Origin: Thermodesulfobacteriota bacterium
GTDB taxonomy: Bacteria; Desulfobacterota; Desulfobulbia; Desulfobulbales; SURF-16
DNA: 64,000 bases
Assembly: GCA_039715015.1 (NCBI GenBank)
Contig: JBDLIE010000004.1
Coordinates: 32,001-96,000, forward strand
Direction of reading: 5' to 3'
Of the stretch, positions 30,079 through 39,151 are shown in pieces. A program made the translations under genes and the position numbers. Position 1 is the stretch's first letter, and the number at the start of each line of letters is the position of its first letter. Below the pieces are notes generated by a model. That model saw nothing but the letters and a program-made list of their open reading frames with translations. It ran no database searches and had not been told where the DNA came from.

Positions 30079-30389
30079 TGACTCATTTCTATTTTGACGG
30101 GGTGGATGAAACCATTATCCGCCAGGAACGGGACAAGGCCCGTAAACTCCGTAAAAGCGGCTGGTGGCAGAAGAAGATTGCCAGTGGTCTCTGCCATTAC
30201 TGCGGTGGGCAGTTTAAGCCCAAAGAGTTGACCATGGATCATCTCACCCCCGTTGCCAGGGGAGGTGCGAGCAATAAGGGGAATCTGGTTGCCGCCTGCA
30301 AAGAGTGTAATAATAAAAAGAAGAACCTGCTGCCCTATGAATGGGATGAGTACATGGAGACGATCCGGCAGGGCAGCGAAAAAGAGTAG
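30078..30389 (+). CDS. Small stand-alone HNH endonuclease
   Basis: CHYC..TMDH..P.ARGG.S.KGN...CKECNNKK; start overlaps folC stop. Confidence 0.85.
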   Translation: MTHFYFDGVDETIIRQERDKARKLRKSGWWQKKIASGLCHYCGGQFKPKELTMDHLTPVARGGASNKGNLVAACKECNNKKKNLLPYEWDEYMETIRQGSEKE

Positions 30390-30490
30390 GCAATTTTGAA
30401 AAAATGCACTGTCAGGCACGCTGGAGGATTGCCCCGCTAGAGTACCTTCCCATTCGGCACATTTCTGGTTGTTGACAAGAAATGAGATGC

Positions 30491-31642
30491 TCAAGTTGTT
30501 TGAGTTTGGCAGGCAAAACCGTTTGCCGACTTCTCAGTGCTCCCCAGTTCACCGACTTCCCCCATGCAGATACCGATCTCCCGGGCGGTTTTTACCCGGT
30601 TACCATCCCGTGGCACCTGTTTCCTGTTTCTTATTGCATCGGCCAAGGGCACGGATGTCATGGCATCACCGGTCAGAGCCACCATGTGGTCAAATTTTCC
30701 TTCTTCAACAAGGCGGACGGCCATGGCCCCGAAACGAAGGGCCAGCAACCTGTCAAAGGTGGTTGGCGATCCACCCCGTTGGAGATGACCCAAGACCAGG
30801 GAACGGGTGTCCTTGCCGGTGCGGATGTTGATCTCTCTGGCAACCCACTCGCCGATACCGCCTAGGACCTTTTCCGCCCTGCCTATCTCACCATTTCCTT
30901 TATGGATAACCTCTTGGTTCTGGGCCCTGGCCCCTTCGGCCACGACAACGATTGCATAGTCCTTGCAATGCAGCTCATTATCATCAAGCTTCTTACAGAC
31001 CTCGTCCATGTTAAAGGGGATCTCTGGAATAAGAATAATATCAGCACCACCGGAAATGCCGGAGTTCATCGCTATCCAGCCGGAATCTCGGCCCATGACC
31101 TCCACCACCATGACCCTGTCGTGCGATTTTGCGGTGGAGTGGAGTTTGTCCAAGGCCTCGGTGGCTGTTGAAACCGCTGTGTCAAAACCAAAGGTGAGCT
31201 GGGTGGCCTCAAGATCATTGTCAATGGTCTTGGGAACTCCGACAACCGGCATGCCTTTTTCCTCAGCAAAACGATGGGCGATTTCCAGGCTGCCATCACC
31301 GCCCACGGCAATATGGCAGCAGAAGCCCATGCGTTTAAAATGTTTCACAACCCGTTCTGAAACATCATGGATCTCAATCTCACCGGCCAGATTCTCGATG
31401 GGCATGGCAAAGGGATTGCCCTTATTGGTCGAGCCAATAATGGTGCCCCCGGTGGAGGTGATGTCTTCAACCATCTCAGGGGTCAAGCGGATCATCTCTT
31501 CAGAATTTAAAAGACCGAGATAGCCGCTGCGGCTGCCGTACACCTCCCAGCCCCGCGCATGGGATGCTTTAACCACAGCATAGATAACGGCATTAAGCCC
31601 TGGTGCATCGCCACCGCCGGTGGAAATCACAATTTTTTTCAT
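30491..31642 (-). CDS. pfkA: 6-phosphofructokinase (ATP/PPi family)
   Basis: TGGGDAPGLN, GGDGS, PKTIDND, EVMGR, LGHLQRGG. Confidence 0.9.
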   Translation of the reverse strand: MKKIVISTGGGDAPGLNAVIYAVVKASHARGWEVYGSRSGYLGLLNSEEMIRLTPEMVEDITSTGGTIIGSTNKGNPFAMPIENLAGEIEIHDVSERVVKHFKRMGFCCHIAVGGDGSLEIAHRFAEEKGMPVVGVPKTIDNDLEATQLTFGFDTAVSTATEALDKLHSTAKSHDRVMVVEVMGRDSGWIAMNSGISGGADIILIPEIPFNMDEVCKKLDDNELHCKDYAIVVVAEGARAQNQEVIHKGNGEIGRAEKVLGGIGEWVAREINIRTGKDTRSLVLGHLQRGGSPTTFDRLLALRFGAMAVRLVEEGKFDHMVALTGDAMTSVPLADAIRNRKQVPRDGNRVKTAREIGICMGEVGELGSTEKSANGFACQTQTT

Positions 31643-31800
31643 AACAATCACCCAGTACGAAATTCTATGCAAAAAAAAGGAATGTATATAAAGGGAAAGG
31701 GTACCCTTACGTAGTTACTTCTTTGCAAAGTATAAAGAATGCTTGCAGGTCAGACAAACCTTAAAAGCAAAAGAAGGCAAAATAATAACTTTTTGTTGTA

Positions 31801-31838
31801 GTCAATTGATTGACATCGTTTAAGTTTCCTCTTAAATT
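31801..31838 (+). promoter_or_regulatory. Sigma70-like promoter for the HesB-like gene, with a palindrome over the -35
   Basis: TTGACA (31810-15)-17 bp-TAAATT; GTCAAT-TG-ATTGAC inverted repeat at 31801-31814. Confidence 0.45.
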
Positions 31839-32000
31839 GCTATAAATTGATGAATGGGGGGTTGCTTCTGACGAACAATGGATTATTGTATGTCATTATT
31901 AAATGCAACAAATGTGTTGTTGTTGGCAATTCTCTTTGTTTGCTGTAAACGACGAAAATAATATGAACATGCCATGGTTGGCAATTCATAGGAGGATTTT

Positions 32001-32336
32001 ATGTTAAAGATTACCGATATGGCTATTGAGAATTTAAAGTCCTATCTGGAGCAGAATAGTATTGATTCTGCCATCCGGATAGCGATGATGCAGGGCGGCT
32101 GAGCTGGCCCTTCATTGGGATTGGCTCTGGATGAGCCAAAAGATAATGACGAAGTTGTAGATCAGGATGGCCTTAAGTTTCTTGTTGAAAAAGGCCTGCT
32201 GGTCACCTGCGGCGAGATTCTCGTTGATTTTGTCGAGGCTGGACCCCGTTCTGGATTTTCCATTACCTCAAAGATCCCCTTGGCAACCGGTGGTGGTTGC
32301 AGCAGCGGTTCTTGCAGCAGTGGCTCTTGTGGTTAA
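32001..32336 (+). CDS. HesB/IscA-like selenoprotein, 111 aa, Sec at codon 34
   Basis: AGGAGG RBS; MLKITDMAIENLKSYL...MMQGG-TGA(32100-02)-AGPSLGLALDEP continues in frame; SECIS-like hairpin follows; selB in window. Confidence 0.9.
32121..32139 (+). promoter_or_regulatory. Bacterial SECIS-like hairpin (HesB-like gene)
   Basis: TTGGCTC-TGGAT-GAGCCAA; loop 25 nt after UGA, G at loop position 2. Confidence 0.75.
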
Positions 32337-32362
32337 GTAGCAAGATCTATTTCTTTTTGGAT

Positions 32363-32403
32363 AAAAAAACCCCCGGTCTGTTTTCAGACCGGGGGTTTTT
32401 TTT
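32363..32403. terminator. Bidirectional intrinsic terminator between the two UGA-containing genes
   Basis: A7-CCCCCGGTCTG-TTTT-CAGACCGGGGG-T8. Confidence 0.9.
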
Positions 32404-32620
32404 ATGGTTTATCTTGGTTGGCCAACTCTTGGCAGATTCTATCCTGCCATTGTTCAATCTGCTCTCTGTAAAGTTTGGCACCAGACTCCATCCCGCAGGA
32501 CCTGCAGGTTATGGTGGCATGTGCTCAACGCCCCTTTAGAATTGCCTGTCCTCCGCAGAAGAGGCATTGTAAAGAGTTTTCCAGATCGGCTGTTGTTCGG
32601 TTGTTTTTTGGGCTGCTCAT
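32402..32620 (-). CDS. Putative 72-aa CxxC-U-CxxC small selenoprotein (Sec at codon 32)
   Basis: MSSPKNNRTTADLENSLQCLFCGGQAILKGR-TGA-AHATITCRSCGMESGAKLYREQIEQWQDRICQELANQDKP; stop abuts the terminator; SECIS-like hairpin. Confidence 0.72.
32488..32514 (-). promoter_or_regulatory. Bacterial SECIS-like hairpin (CxxC-U-CxxC gene)
   Basis: CCAT-AA-CCTGCAG-GTC-CTGCGGG-ATGG; begins 10 nt after UGA, G-starting loop 23 nt after UGA. Confidence 0.65.
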
Positions 32621-32677
32621 AGGGGGGATAGTAGAATAAAAAAGGCTCTTTGGCGAAGTCCGGGAAATGTTGCTTAT

Positions 32678-32742
32678 CAAACACAAAGGCACAAAGGCAC
32701 AGAGGTCTTCTTCATAATAATCCCTCTGTGCCTTTGTGTTTG
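32678..32742. repeat. Palindromic element built from CACA(A/G)AGG octamers
   Basis: CAAACACAAAGGCACAAAGGCACAGAGG ... CCTCTGTGCCTTTGTGTTTG. Confidence 0.7.
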
Positions 32743-32853
32743 GAAAAATGGTTAGGTACAAGTTGGAAGGCTAAAGTTTTTCCACTTTATGCCGGTTTTT
32801 CCGTGGATTCCGCGGCAAAAAACAAAGTCATTCCTGCCAATCGACGAAGAACC

Positions 32854-32895
32854 AAAAAAAAAAGGGATCACAGGTCAAAACCTGTAATCCCTTTT
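32854..32895 (-). terminator. Intrinsic terminator after tRNA-His
   Basis: GGGATTACAGG-TTTTGA-CCTGTGATCCC followed by a T run on the minus strand. Confidence 0.8.
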
Positions 32896-32905
32896 GATAT
32901 TTTAA

Positions 32906-32983
32906 TGGGGTGAGCGATGGGACTTGAACCCACGACCTCCGGAGCCACAATCCGGGGCTACCACCAGCTGAGCTACGCCCACC
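32906..32983 (-). tRNA. tRNA-His (GTG)
   Basis: Cloverleaf with G-1:C73, anticodon arm CCGGA-TTGTGGC-TCCGG, TTCAAGT T-loop, encoded CCA. Confidence 0.93.
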
Positions 32984-33043
32984 ATGCTTTTTCGCTGCCA
33001 AGGCATGCGAAAAGAACAATCCGTTTATAATAGATTGGTTTTC

Positions 33044-33724
33044 TTATGGCAAGGAGAAATCGCTCTCCTGGAACTCCTTGCCGCAGTGTTTACACTTGAT
33101 GGCCTTGTTCTTGACAATCTCCATACAGTCAGTGCATTCCTTCAGGAAGTTGTTTTTGAGAAGCTCGGTAATGGCCAGGTTTTTCTGGTGCTCCAGGTTG
33201 CCGTCCTTGTATTCTATGTTGCGTAGGGCATCAATACAGGAGGTGTCGTTGAGGGGCACAAGGAGGCGGCAGGCCTTCATCCTGTTTTCCAGGCTGGCCT
33301 TCTCGTCAAGAAGGATACCCATAACCGGGGTAAGATTCTTATCGGCAACACAGGTGTCAAGCTCTTCGACCCATTCTTTCTCCTGCTGATAACGTTTGTT
33401 GGATGCGATGATTACATCTGGATCCAGGATACTGCCGGTGAAGGCCATTTTGTTACCCACCATCATCAGTTCGCCTTTTTCTTCGTTGTGCATTCGCATA
33501 TAGCGATAGGAACCGACATGGCCGTATGATGCTTCAATATGGTCCCAGCCTTTAACAAAGGGTGGGCATTCATCATTCAGGCAGACGAACATCACCTCGG
33601 CGCCCCAGCCCAGGCCGTCGCCAATATGGAACGGCGGAGTTTCGCAGGGGGAAAGTCTGGTGTCGCAATGGGGGCAATAAAACTCCATTTCACAGTAACG
33701 TAAACAGTCGTCTGCGCTGAGCAT
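33044..33724 (-). CDS. Hypothetical protein with zinc-ribbon motifs at both ends
   Basis: GAGGAG RBS; CPHC and C.NDEC near N-terminus, CTDC..CKHC at C-terminus. Confidence 0.75.
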   Translation of the reverse strand: MLSADDCLRYCEMEFYCPHCDTRLSPCETPPFHIGDGLGWGAEVMFVCLNDECPPFVKGWDHIEASYGHVGSYRYMRMHNEEKGELMMVGNKMAFTGSILDPDVIIASNKRYQQEKEWVEELDTCVADKNLTPVMGILLDEKASLENRMKACRLLVPLNDTSCIDALRNIEYKDGNLEHQKNLAITELLKNNFLKECTDCMEIVKNKAIKCKHCGKEFQESDFSLP

Positions 33725-33934
33725 GGATAAATCTCCTCGTGGTGGGCCCGTTTATAAGGGCCTCAATGTATGTAAAACCTTCCTAAATGCGTAGCAGAAC
33801 ATTCTGTCATCGGATGCAGAAGGCGCAAGAATTTTTGATAATAAGCATTGAAATCTACTTGATCAAGCCTGGAATAGCAATAAGAGGGGCAAAAAGGGCA
33901 GGGAGAGTCGAACGGGCTAAAAGAGGTAGAATCC

Positions 33935-34324
33935 CTAGTATGACGTCGGTCTATCGTTTAAAAGGACAGTGTGAACAACAAAATATGATAATTGCTTTAT
34001 CTGGGAAGAGGTGAGGTCGTCAAACATCACTCCGGCCTCTCGAGTAAAAAGATTGATAGAGTTGATAGATGGGAAGATGGGCTCTGAATCTTCAAAAGAG
34101 ACAATTTTACAGGGCAGGTTGTCAATATAGCGGTCCCCGGTATTATTAAGGAGTGATATGCTAAAAGAATGTTCAAATAAGTCGTTGGGGCGGAGTAGGT
34201 ATTCTATCCGCAGACCGCCCATACTCAAATTGATGACCTGCCCTAAATTCATGGTGTTGATAGCAATAATGTTGCCCAAAGAGTCAAAACGATGATGATG
34301 CCGCCGTTCTTTTTTTATCTTCAT
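33935..34324 (-). CDS. PilZ domain protein
   Basis: ERRHHHRF (RxxxR), NLSMGG, GVMF. Confidence 0.85.
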   Translation of the reverse strand: MKIKKERRHHHRFDSLGNIIAINTMNLGQVINLSMGGLRIEYLLRPNDLFEHSFSISLLNNTGDRYIDNLPCKIVSFEDSEPIFPSINSINLFTREAGVMFDDLTSSQIKQLSYFVVHTVLLNDRPTSY

Positions 34325-34564
34325 CGGAATGTCTCCAGGCTAAAAAGGAAGTATTAAAGAAATATAGGTAAAATAATAAAGCAAGCATAGTTAAAGATCA
34401 ACCCGCTTGTTAGAAGTTCCGTGTGACCATAAAAAAATCCGTGTCTATCAGCGGATGGTAGGTAAGGCTGGTAATAGCGGCCTTTTTTGGAAATGGAAAA
34501 AAGGTCAAATCTCCAGGCAGCATGTGCGGGGGGGGACAGTTTGAAGTTTCTGTATGAAAGAAAT

Positions 34565-34930
34565 CTATGCGCTAGGGACGCTGTTATAAATGAGAAAATG
34601 ATCCAACAGATCTTTTTGGGCTGGAGTTAAGCCAAGAAACATGACGCCAGCTTCCCGGATGAAGAGGTTGAGAGGCGGACATATAGGCCCAGAGTCGGTA
34701 ATATTGACAACTTTACAGGATAGTTTGTCAATATAGTGATCAGCGGAGTTGTTGAGCAGGGAAATTTCAAATGATTTATGAAAAGGATCATTCCGGCGCA
34801 GAAGATATTTGATCCGCAGACCTCCCATGCTCATATTGATCACCTGGCCAAAGCTTAAGGCATTTAAGGCAAGAACATTATCCTGAGCTTGAAAACGTTT
34901 ATGTTTTCTGCGTTCTTCCAGCGTATCCAT
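34565..34930 (-). CDS. PilZ domain protein (paralogue of the adjacent gene)
   Basis: ERRKHKRF, NMSMGG, REAGVMF. Confidence 0.85.
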   Translation of the reverse strand: MDTLEERRKHKRFQAQDNVLALNALSFGQVINMSMGGLRIKYLLRRNDPFHKSFEISLLNNSADHYIDKLSCKVVNITDSGPICPPLNLFIREAGVMFLGLTPAQKDLLDHFLIYNSVPSA

Positions 34931-35061
34931 AGGGCCGCCGTAAAAATCTCGTCCTGAAAATGTATGTTAAAGGAAATCATATTAAAATTGCCCGCCGGAA
35001 TCAAATTGTTTGTCAGGGGCGCTTTGTGATGGCAAGGTGTTAAGGGTGTTTGGGAGTGATA

Positions 35062-35598
35062 ATGCTTACAATATCAAAGTTCTTGGCGCTTTTTGCCAGT
35101 CTGAACAAGTGGCAGAGCAACGATTTCAGGAGTTGGATTTTTGAGGCGGGAATGAACTATGGTGACCAGGAATTTTGGTGGCCGTCACAGAGACAAAAAC
35201 GTCCTGCCAGTCATGAAGGAATCGATTTTTTCTGTTATGAAGATGCTCACGGCGGCAAAAGATTCTTAGATCAGGCCAAGGTGCCCTGCCCATCTGACGG
35301 GCAGGTTGTCGCTGTCTGTAAGGATTTTCTTGGCGAGACTGTTTTTGTGGCTACTGCCGACCAGACTGACCCCATTGACCTGTTTGTCTTTGCCCATCTC
35401 GTTCCCCGGATAGAATTAGGACAGGCCGTGCGAGGCGCTGACGCTGTTGGTGTCATCGCGCCGGGTTCAGATAAGGTGCCTGGCCATCTTCATGTCTCTG
35501 CCTTGCAGGGAGATTGGCATGATTTGCCCCGGGATTTAAGCTGGCCAGCCCTTAACGCGCAAAAAAAGCTTCAGTTTGTTTACCCCTTTTTACAATAA
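35062..35598 (+). CDS. M23 peptidase-like protein without an obvious signal peptide
   Basis: HEGIDF (HxxxD), FAHL, GHLHVS (HxH). Confidence 0.6.
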   Translation: MLTISKFLALFASLNKWQSNDFRSWIFEAGMNYGDQEFWWPSQRQKRPASHEGIDFFCYEDAHGGKRFLDQAKVPCPSDGQVVAVCKDFLGETVFVATADQTDPIDLFVFAHLVPRIELGQAVRGADAVGVIAPGSDKVPGHLHVSALQGDWHDLPRDLSWPALNAQKKLQFVYPFLQ

Positions 35599-35622
35599 TT
35601 TCAGATATGGACTTGTTAAATT

Positions 35623-36111
35623 ATGGCGGATGATAAGAGAAAAATTGAGAGGAAGTTTATTCCCAGCCTGCGGGAAGGGGTTGATGTGGTGCGGATGATT
35701 TTCTTTAAGCAAATGCGCGATCATTTTGCTGAAACGTCCCCAGGTCAGGAGCCACAATTCTATGGGATGTTGGCTGGCGCTGTAATGAATGAGCTTTTTG
35801 GTACCCCTAATCCCGAAAAGACATTTAGCGCTTTTGTTGCTGAGAATAAGGAGAGAATTGATGAGGAACTCTCCAACCTGGCCACGAATTTCAAGGAGCT
35901 GCGTATTCCTCTCACAGATGCCTTACGCATCCATTATTTATGTAATTACCAGGAAGAAATTGATGGCGATGAGGCCGCTGTGCTGGCGCGGGCGCGGGAC
36001 ATAGGCGTTCTCATGGAAGAACGTGATGTTCCCCTTCCCAAGGGTTTTATGGAACTTGTCTACAGGGTTGGCAAGGCCCATGGTCTCATTAAAGAACAGG
36101 CTCCCTCCTGA
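35623..36111 (+). CDS. Hypothetical protein
   Basis: 162-aa clean ORF with host-like codon use; no motif recognised. Confidence 0.7.
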   Translation: MADDKRKIERKFIPSLREGVDVVRMIFFKQMRDHFAETSPGQEPQFYGMLAGAVMNELFGTPNPEKTFSAFVAENKERIDEELSNLATNFKELRIPLTDALRIHYLCNYQEEIDGDEAAVLARARDIGVLMEERDVPLPKGFMELVYRVGKAHGLIKEQAPS

Positions 36112-36130
36112 GAAAAGAGGAGGCGCGAAA

Positions 36131-37945
36131 CTATTGTTCCTGGGCCTCCAGGCCTGCTTGTAGTTTCTCCAATTCGTCCCAGCGCACGTAAAGATTATCA
36201 ACCTTTTCCTGCCAGGTGGTGAGTTGGCTGCACCAATGCCCGAGGCTTTCTGGGTCAGCCATCACCTCCGGGTCCTCAACCTTGTTCTGGCAGGATTCTA
36301 ACTCCTGCTCTGCTTTGAGGATAACGTCTTCTATTTCATCCAGCTCCTTTTGTTCTTTGTAGGAGAGCTTTTTCTTAGGGCCCTGTTTCTTCTTTTTGAC
36401 AACAGGCTTTTTGGCCTTTGGCCGCGACTCATCTTGTTCAAGACTTGTCAACCATTGGCGGTAATCACCAAAAAGGTCAGCCTTATGGCCCTGCCTGCTG
36501 AAACCAATAATCTGGTTTGTAATATTATCGAGGAAGGTTCGGTCATGACTGACCAGGACCAAAGCGCCGGGGAATTCAAGAAGGCTTTCTTCAAGGACGT
36601 TTATCGAGCTGATATCCAGGTCATTGGTGGGTTCATCAAGAAGGAGGATGTCTGCCTCTTTTAGCATGAATCTGGCAATGAGGATACGGGCCTGCTCGCC
36701 ACCTGAAAGATGGGAAACAGGCATTTCCAGCTGGTCTGCTTGGAAAAGAAAACGTTTTGCCCATCCCGCCACATGAATGCTCCGCCCCTGGTAAATGACG
36801 CTGTCCCCATCAGGGGCCAAGGCTCGTCGCAACGACTGATCTTGGTCAAGATCTTCGCGTTTTTGGTCAAACAGGGAAACCTTGAGGCCATCTGCCCGGC
36901 TTATCTGGCCCCTGTCGCACTCAACTGTGCCAAAAAGAATATTCATCAAGGTTGTTTTGCCGCAACCATTGTTGCCGGCCAGGCCCAATCGAGTACCTGG
37001 ACCAAGGTCAAAAGAGAGGCCTGAGAACAGGATATTTTCCCCCACCTTTTTTTCTATTTCCTGGGCAGAGAGGAGTTTTTTAGTCCGGCGTCCTGTTCCG
37101 CTGACATCGATTTGCAGTTGTTTTTCCGACTGATTGCGCTGACGCACTTGTGAGAGTTCGTCCTGCAGACGGTGTGCCTCATCAATACGATATCTGGCCT
37201 TGGTTGTGCGTGCCTTTGGTCCGCGCTGTAACCATTCCACCTCCCTTCGCACCTTATTGGCAAGGCTGGCCTCCATCTCTTGCTGCGATTCCAGAAAGAG
37301 GCCACGTTTTTCTAAAAAATGGCTGTAGTTGCCTGGAAAGCTGAGAAAGCCGTCAGGGTAGCAACGGTTAAGTTCAATGATTCGGTTGCTGACATTTTCC
37401 AGGAAGAGACGGTCATGACTGACAAGAACAAAGGCAAAGGGTGCATCGTGCAGTATTTTCTCAAGCCAGAGAATAGAGCTGATATCCAGGTGGTTTGTGG
37501 GCTCGTCGAGAAGAAGAAGATCCGGTTCCTGGGCCAAAGCCCGGGCAATACTTAAGCGCTTGAGCCAGCCGCCAGAGAGTGATGACACCTTAGCCTGAGG
37601 ATCAGGAAATTCAGCCTGGCTTAAAGCCATCCGGGCCATGAGTATCCTTTGATCATCTTCCTGGTCGGCAAGAGACTCTTCAATAATCTCAGTAACGCTT
37701 TTGACATTATCGAAATCTTCATTTTGGCTGAGGTAGACCACTCGCATTTGTTTTGATAAGAAAAGGTGGCCATCGTCTGGTTCAATGATACTGGCCAGAA
37801 TGGCAAGGAGGGTCGATTTGCCGGAACCGTTGGGGCCGATCAGGCCGGTTTTCGTTTTGAGCTCAAAGCTGAGCGAAATACCAGTAAACAGAGTATGGGC
37901 GCCAAATGATTTTTTGATGTTTTGGCAGCTAAGTATATGGGACAT
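36131..37945 (-). CDS. ABC-F family ATPase, Uup-like
   Basis: Two ABC domains (GPNGSGKS, LDEPTNHLD; GNNGCGKT, LDEPTNDLD), WLQRGPKARTTK linker, KKLSYKEQKEL tail. Confidence 0.9.
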   Translation of the reverse strand: MSHILSCQNIKKSFGAHTLFTGISLSFELKTKTGLIGPNGSGKSTLLAILASIIEPDDGHLFLSKQMRVVYLSQNEDFDNVKSVTEIIEESLADQEDDQRILMARMALSQAEFPDPQAKVSSLSGGWLKRLSIARALAQEPDLLLLDEPTNHLDISSILWLEKILHDAPFAFVLVSHDRLFLENVSNRIIELNRCYPDGFLSFPGNYSHFLEKRGLFLESQQEMEASLANKVRREVEWLQRGPKARTTKARYRIDEAHRLQDELSQVRQRNQSEKQLQIDVSGTGRRTKKLLSAQEIEKKVGENILFSGLSFDLGPGTRLGLAGNNGCGKTTLMNILFGTVECDRGQISRADGLKVSLFDQKREDLDQDQSLRRALAPDGDSVIYQGRSIHVAGWAKRFLFQADQLEMPVSHLSGGEQARILIARFMLKEADILLLDEPTNDLDISSINVLEESLLEFPGALVLVSHDRTFLDNITNQIIGFSRQGHKADLFGDYRQWLTSLEQDESRPKAKKPVVKKKKQGPKKKLSYKEQKELDEIEDVILKAEQELESCQNKVEDPEVMADPESLGHWCSQLTTWQEKVDNLYVRWDELEKLQAGLEAQEQ

Positions 37946-38192
37946 GAATTGCGAAGTAAGAAAAAGAAGAATTGGCTATAGGCTTGGAGTGCCATGAGCA
38001 GGGAAATATTTACCTGAAATGTAAATATTTTTTTTGTCCACTGCCATAATAAAGTAGAATAAATTACTGATTGCCACTCAATTCTGCGAAGGAGCCCCAT
38101 TTTTATGGGCGTTTGTTTGGCGGTTTTGAGAAAAAAGAGAGAAACGCTCTTAAAAGAAAAAGGTTTTATAAAGAAAAAATTCCGAGGAGACC

Positions 38193-38732
38193 ATGGCAGA
38201 ACCAACCGTTACCATCGATGTCATAGCGAATATTTTTGCCCTTGCAGCTAAAAAGACCTTAGAAAAGAGCACCAAAAAGAAGATTACCTATTCTTCCACG
38301 TTTGTTGCTGTTCCAAAGGTGTGCTTGAAACCGGATCTTGGCAGTTTTGTCCAATTTTCAGGAGACTATATGGGGTTGGTGGTCATGAATTTTACAGCTG
38401 AGGCGGCATTGGATCTCTATCGCAGTTATATGCTGACCATGGGACTTCCGGAGAGTGAACTTGCCAAGGAGGCCACCTCAAGCGAGGTGGTGGATACCAT
38501 TGGTGAGCTTACCAACCAGATCATGGGGCGTGCCATGCAGATGGTGGAGGCGAAATTTGACCTTACCTCCTATTTTGGCCAGCCCAAGGCACTTTCCTTA
38601 AACAGTGCCATTACCCTAACGCCTGATCTCGATTATCAGGATAACCGCCGGGTGGCCATGAATATTGCCACCAACCGCTTCCAAATCGAACTGGCTTTGG
38701 AAAAACTCGAATTTATCGCCACTGGCAAATAG
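38193..38732 (+). CDS. DUF3334/CheX-like protein
   Basis: CLKPDLGSFVQFSGD.MGLVVMNF, IGELTNQIMG (ExxN); GAGGAG RBS. Confidence 0.7.
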   Translation: MAEPTVTIDVIANIFALAAKKTLEKSTKKKITYSSTFVAVPKVCLKPDLGSFVQFSGDYMGLVVMNFTAEAALDLYRSYMLTMGLPESELAKEATSSEVVDTIGELTNQIMGRAMQMVEAKFDLTSYFGQPKALSLNSAITLTPDLDYQDNRRVAMNIATNRFQIELALEKLEFIATGK

Positions 38733-38784
38733 AATATTAGCTTTAAAGATAAAAGTTGTCCCTGCGGAAGACAACTCTGTGAAC

Positions 38785-38819
38785 CCGGCTTTGGGCAATG
38801 ACTCAAGCCGGTTTTTTTT
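38785..38819 (+). terminator. Intrinsic terminator
   Basis: CCGGCTT...AAGCCGG then T8. Confidence 0.7.
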
Positions 38820-39151
38820 ATGCATTTTTTTCATCGCCATGGGCCCAGAAAATGGCTGGACAATAAACGTTATTGTCTTATTGTTGAATGATCTGATAAT
38901 TGGTGCATTTATGATGGTAAGACCTTGTTTTAGCTATTTTAAAATAGGTAAGAGTGCAGTATATTTTCCCCACGTGAATCAAATGGCTGTAATTTCAGGT
39001 CATTACCAATAATTCGAATTCAATTTTTTTATTTTTAGGCCCCTGCTGCACAGGTCCCAGGAAGGACTTAAAAAGGTCTTTTCGGGGACTGTGCCAAAAT
39101 GCCCAGTTAGATAGGGCCTTAGGGTCGATACTTTTTTTAGGAGGTAGTACC

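Noticed and set aside
32115..32336. 73-aa ORF-track protein starting at TTG
   Set aside because: It is the post-UGA part of the HesB-like selenoprotein starting at 32001.
32525..32761. 78-aa minus-strand ORF-track protein
   Set aside because: Its 5' part runs through a palindromic repeat; the plausible gene starts at ATG 32620 and reads through the TGA.
32340..32905. Integrative element at the tRNA-His 3' end
   Set aside because: No integrase and no duplicated tRNA 3' end seen; a normal terminator follows.
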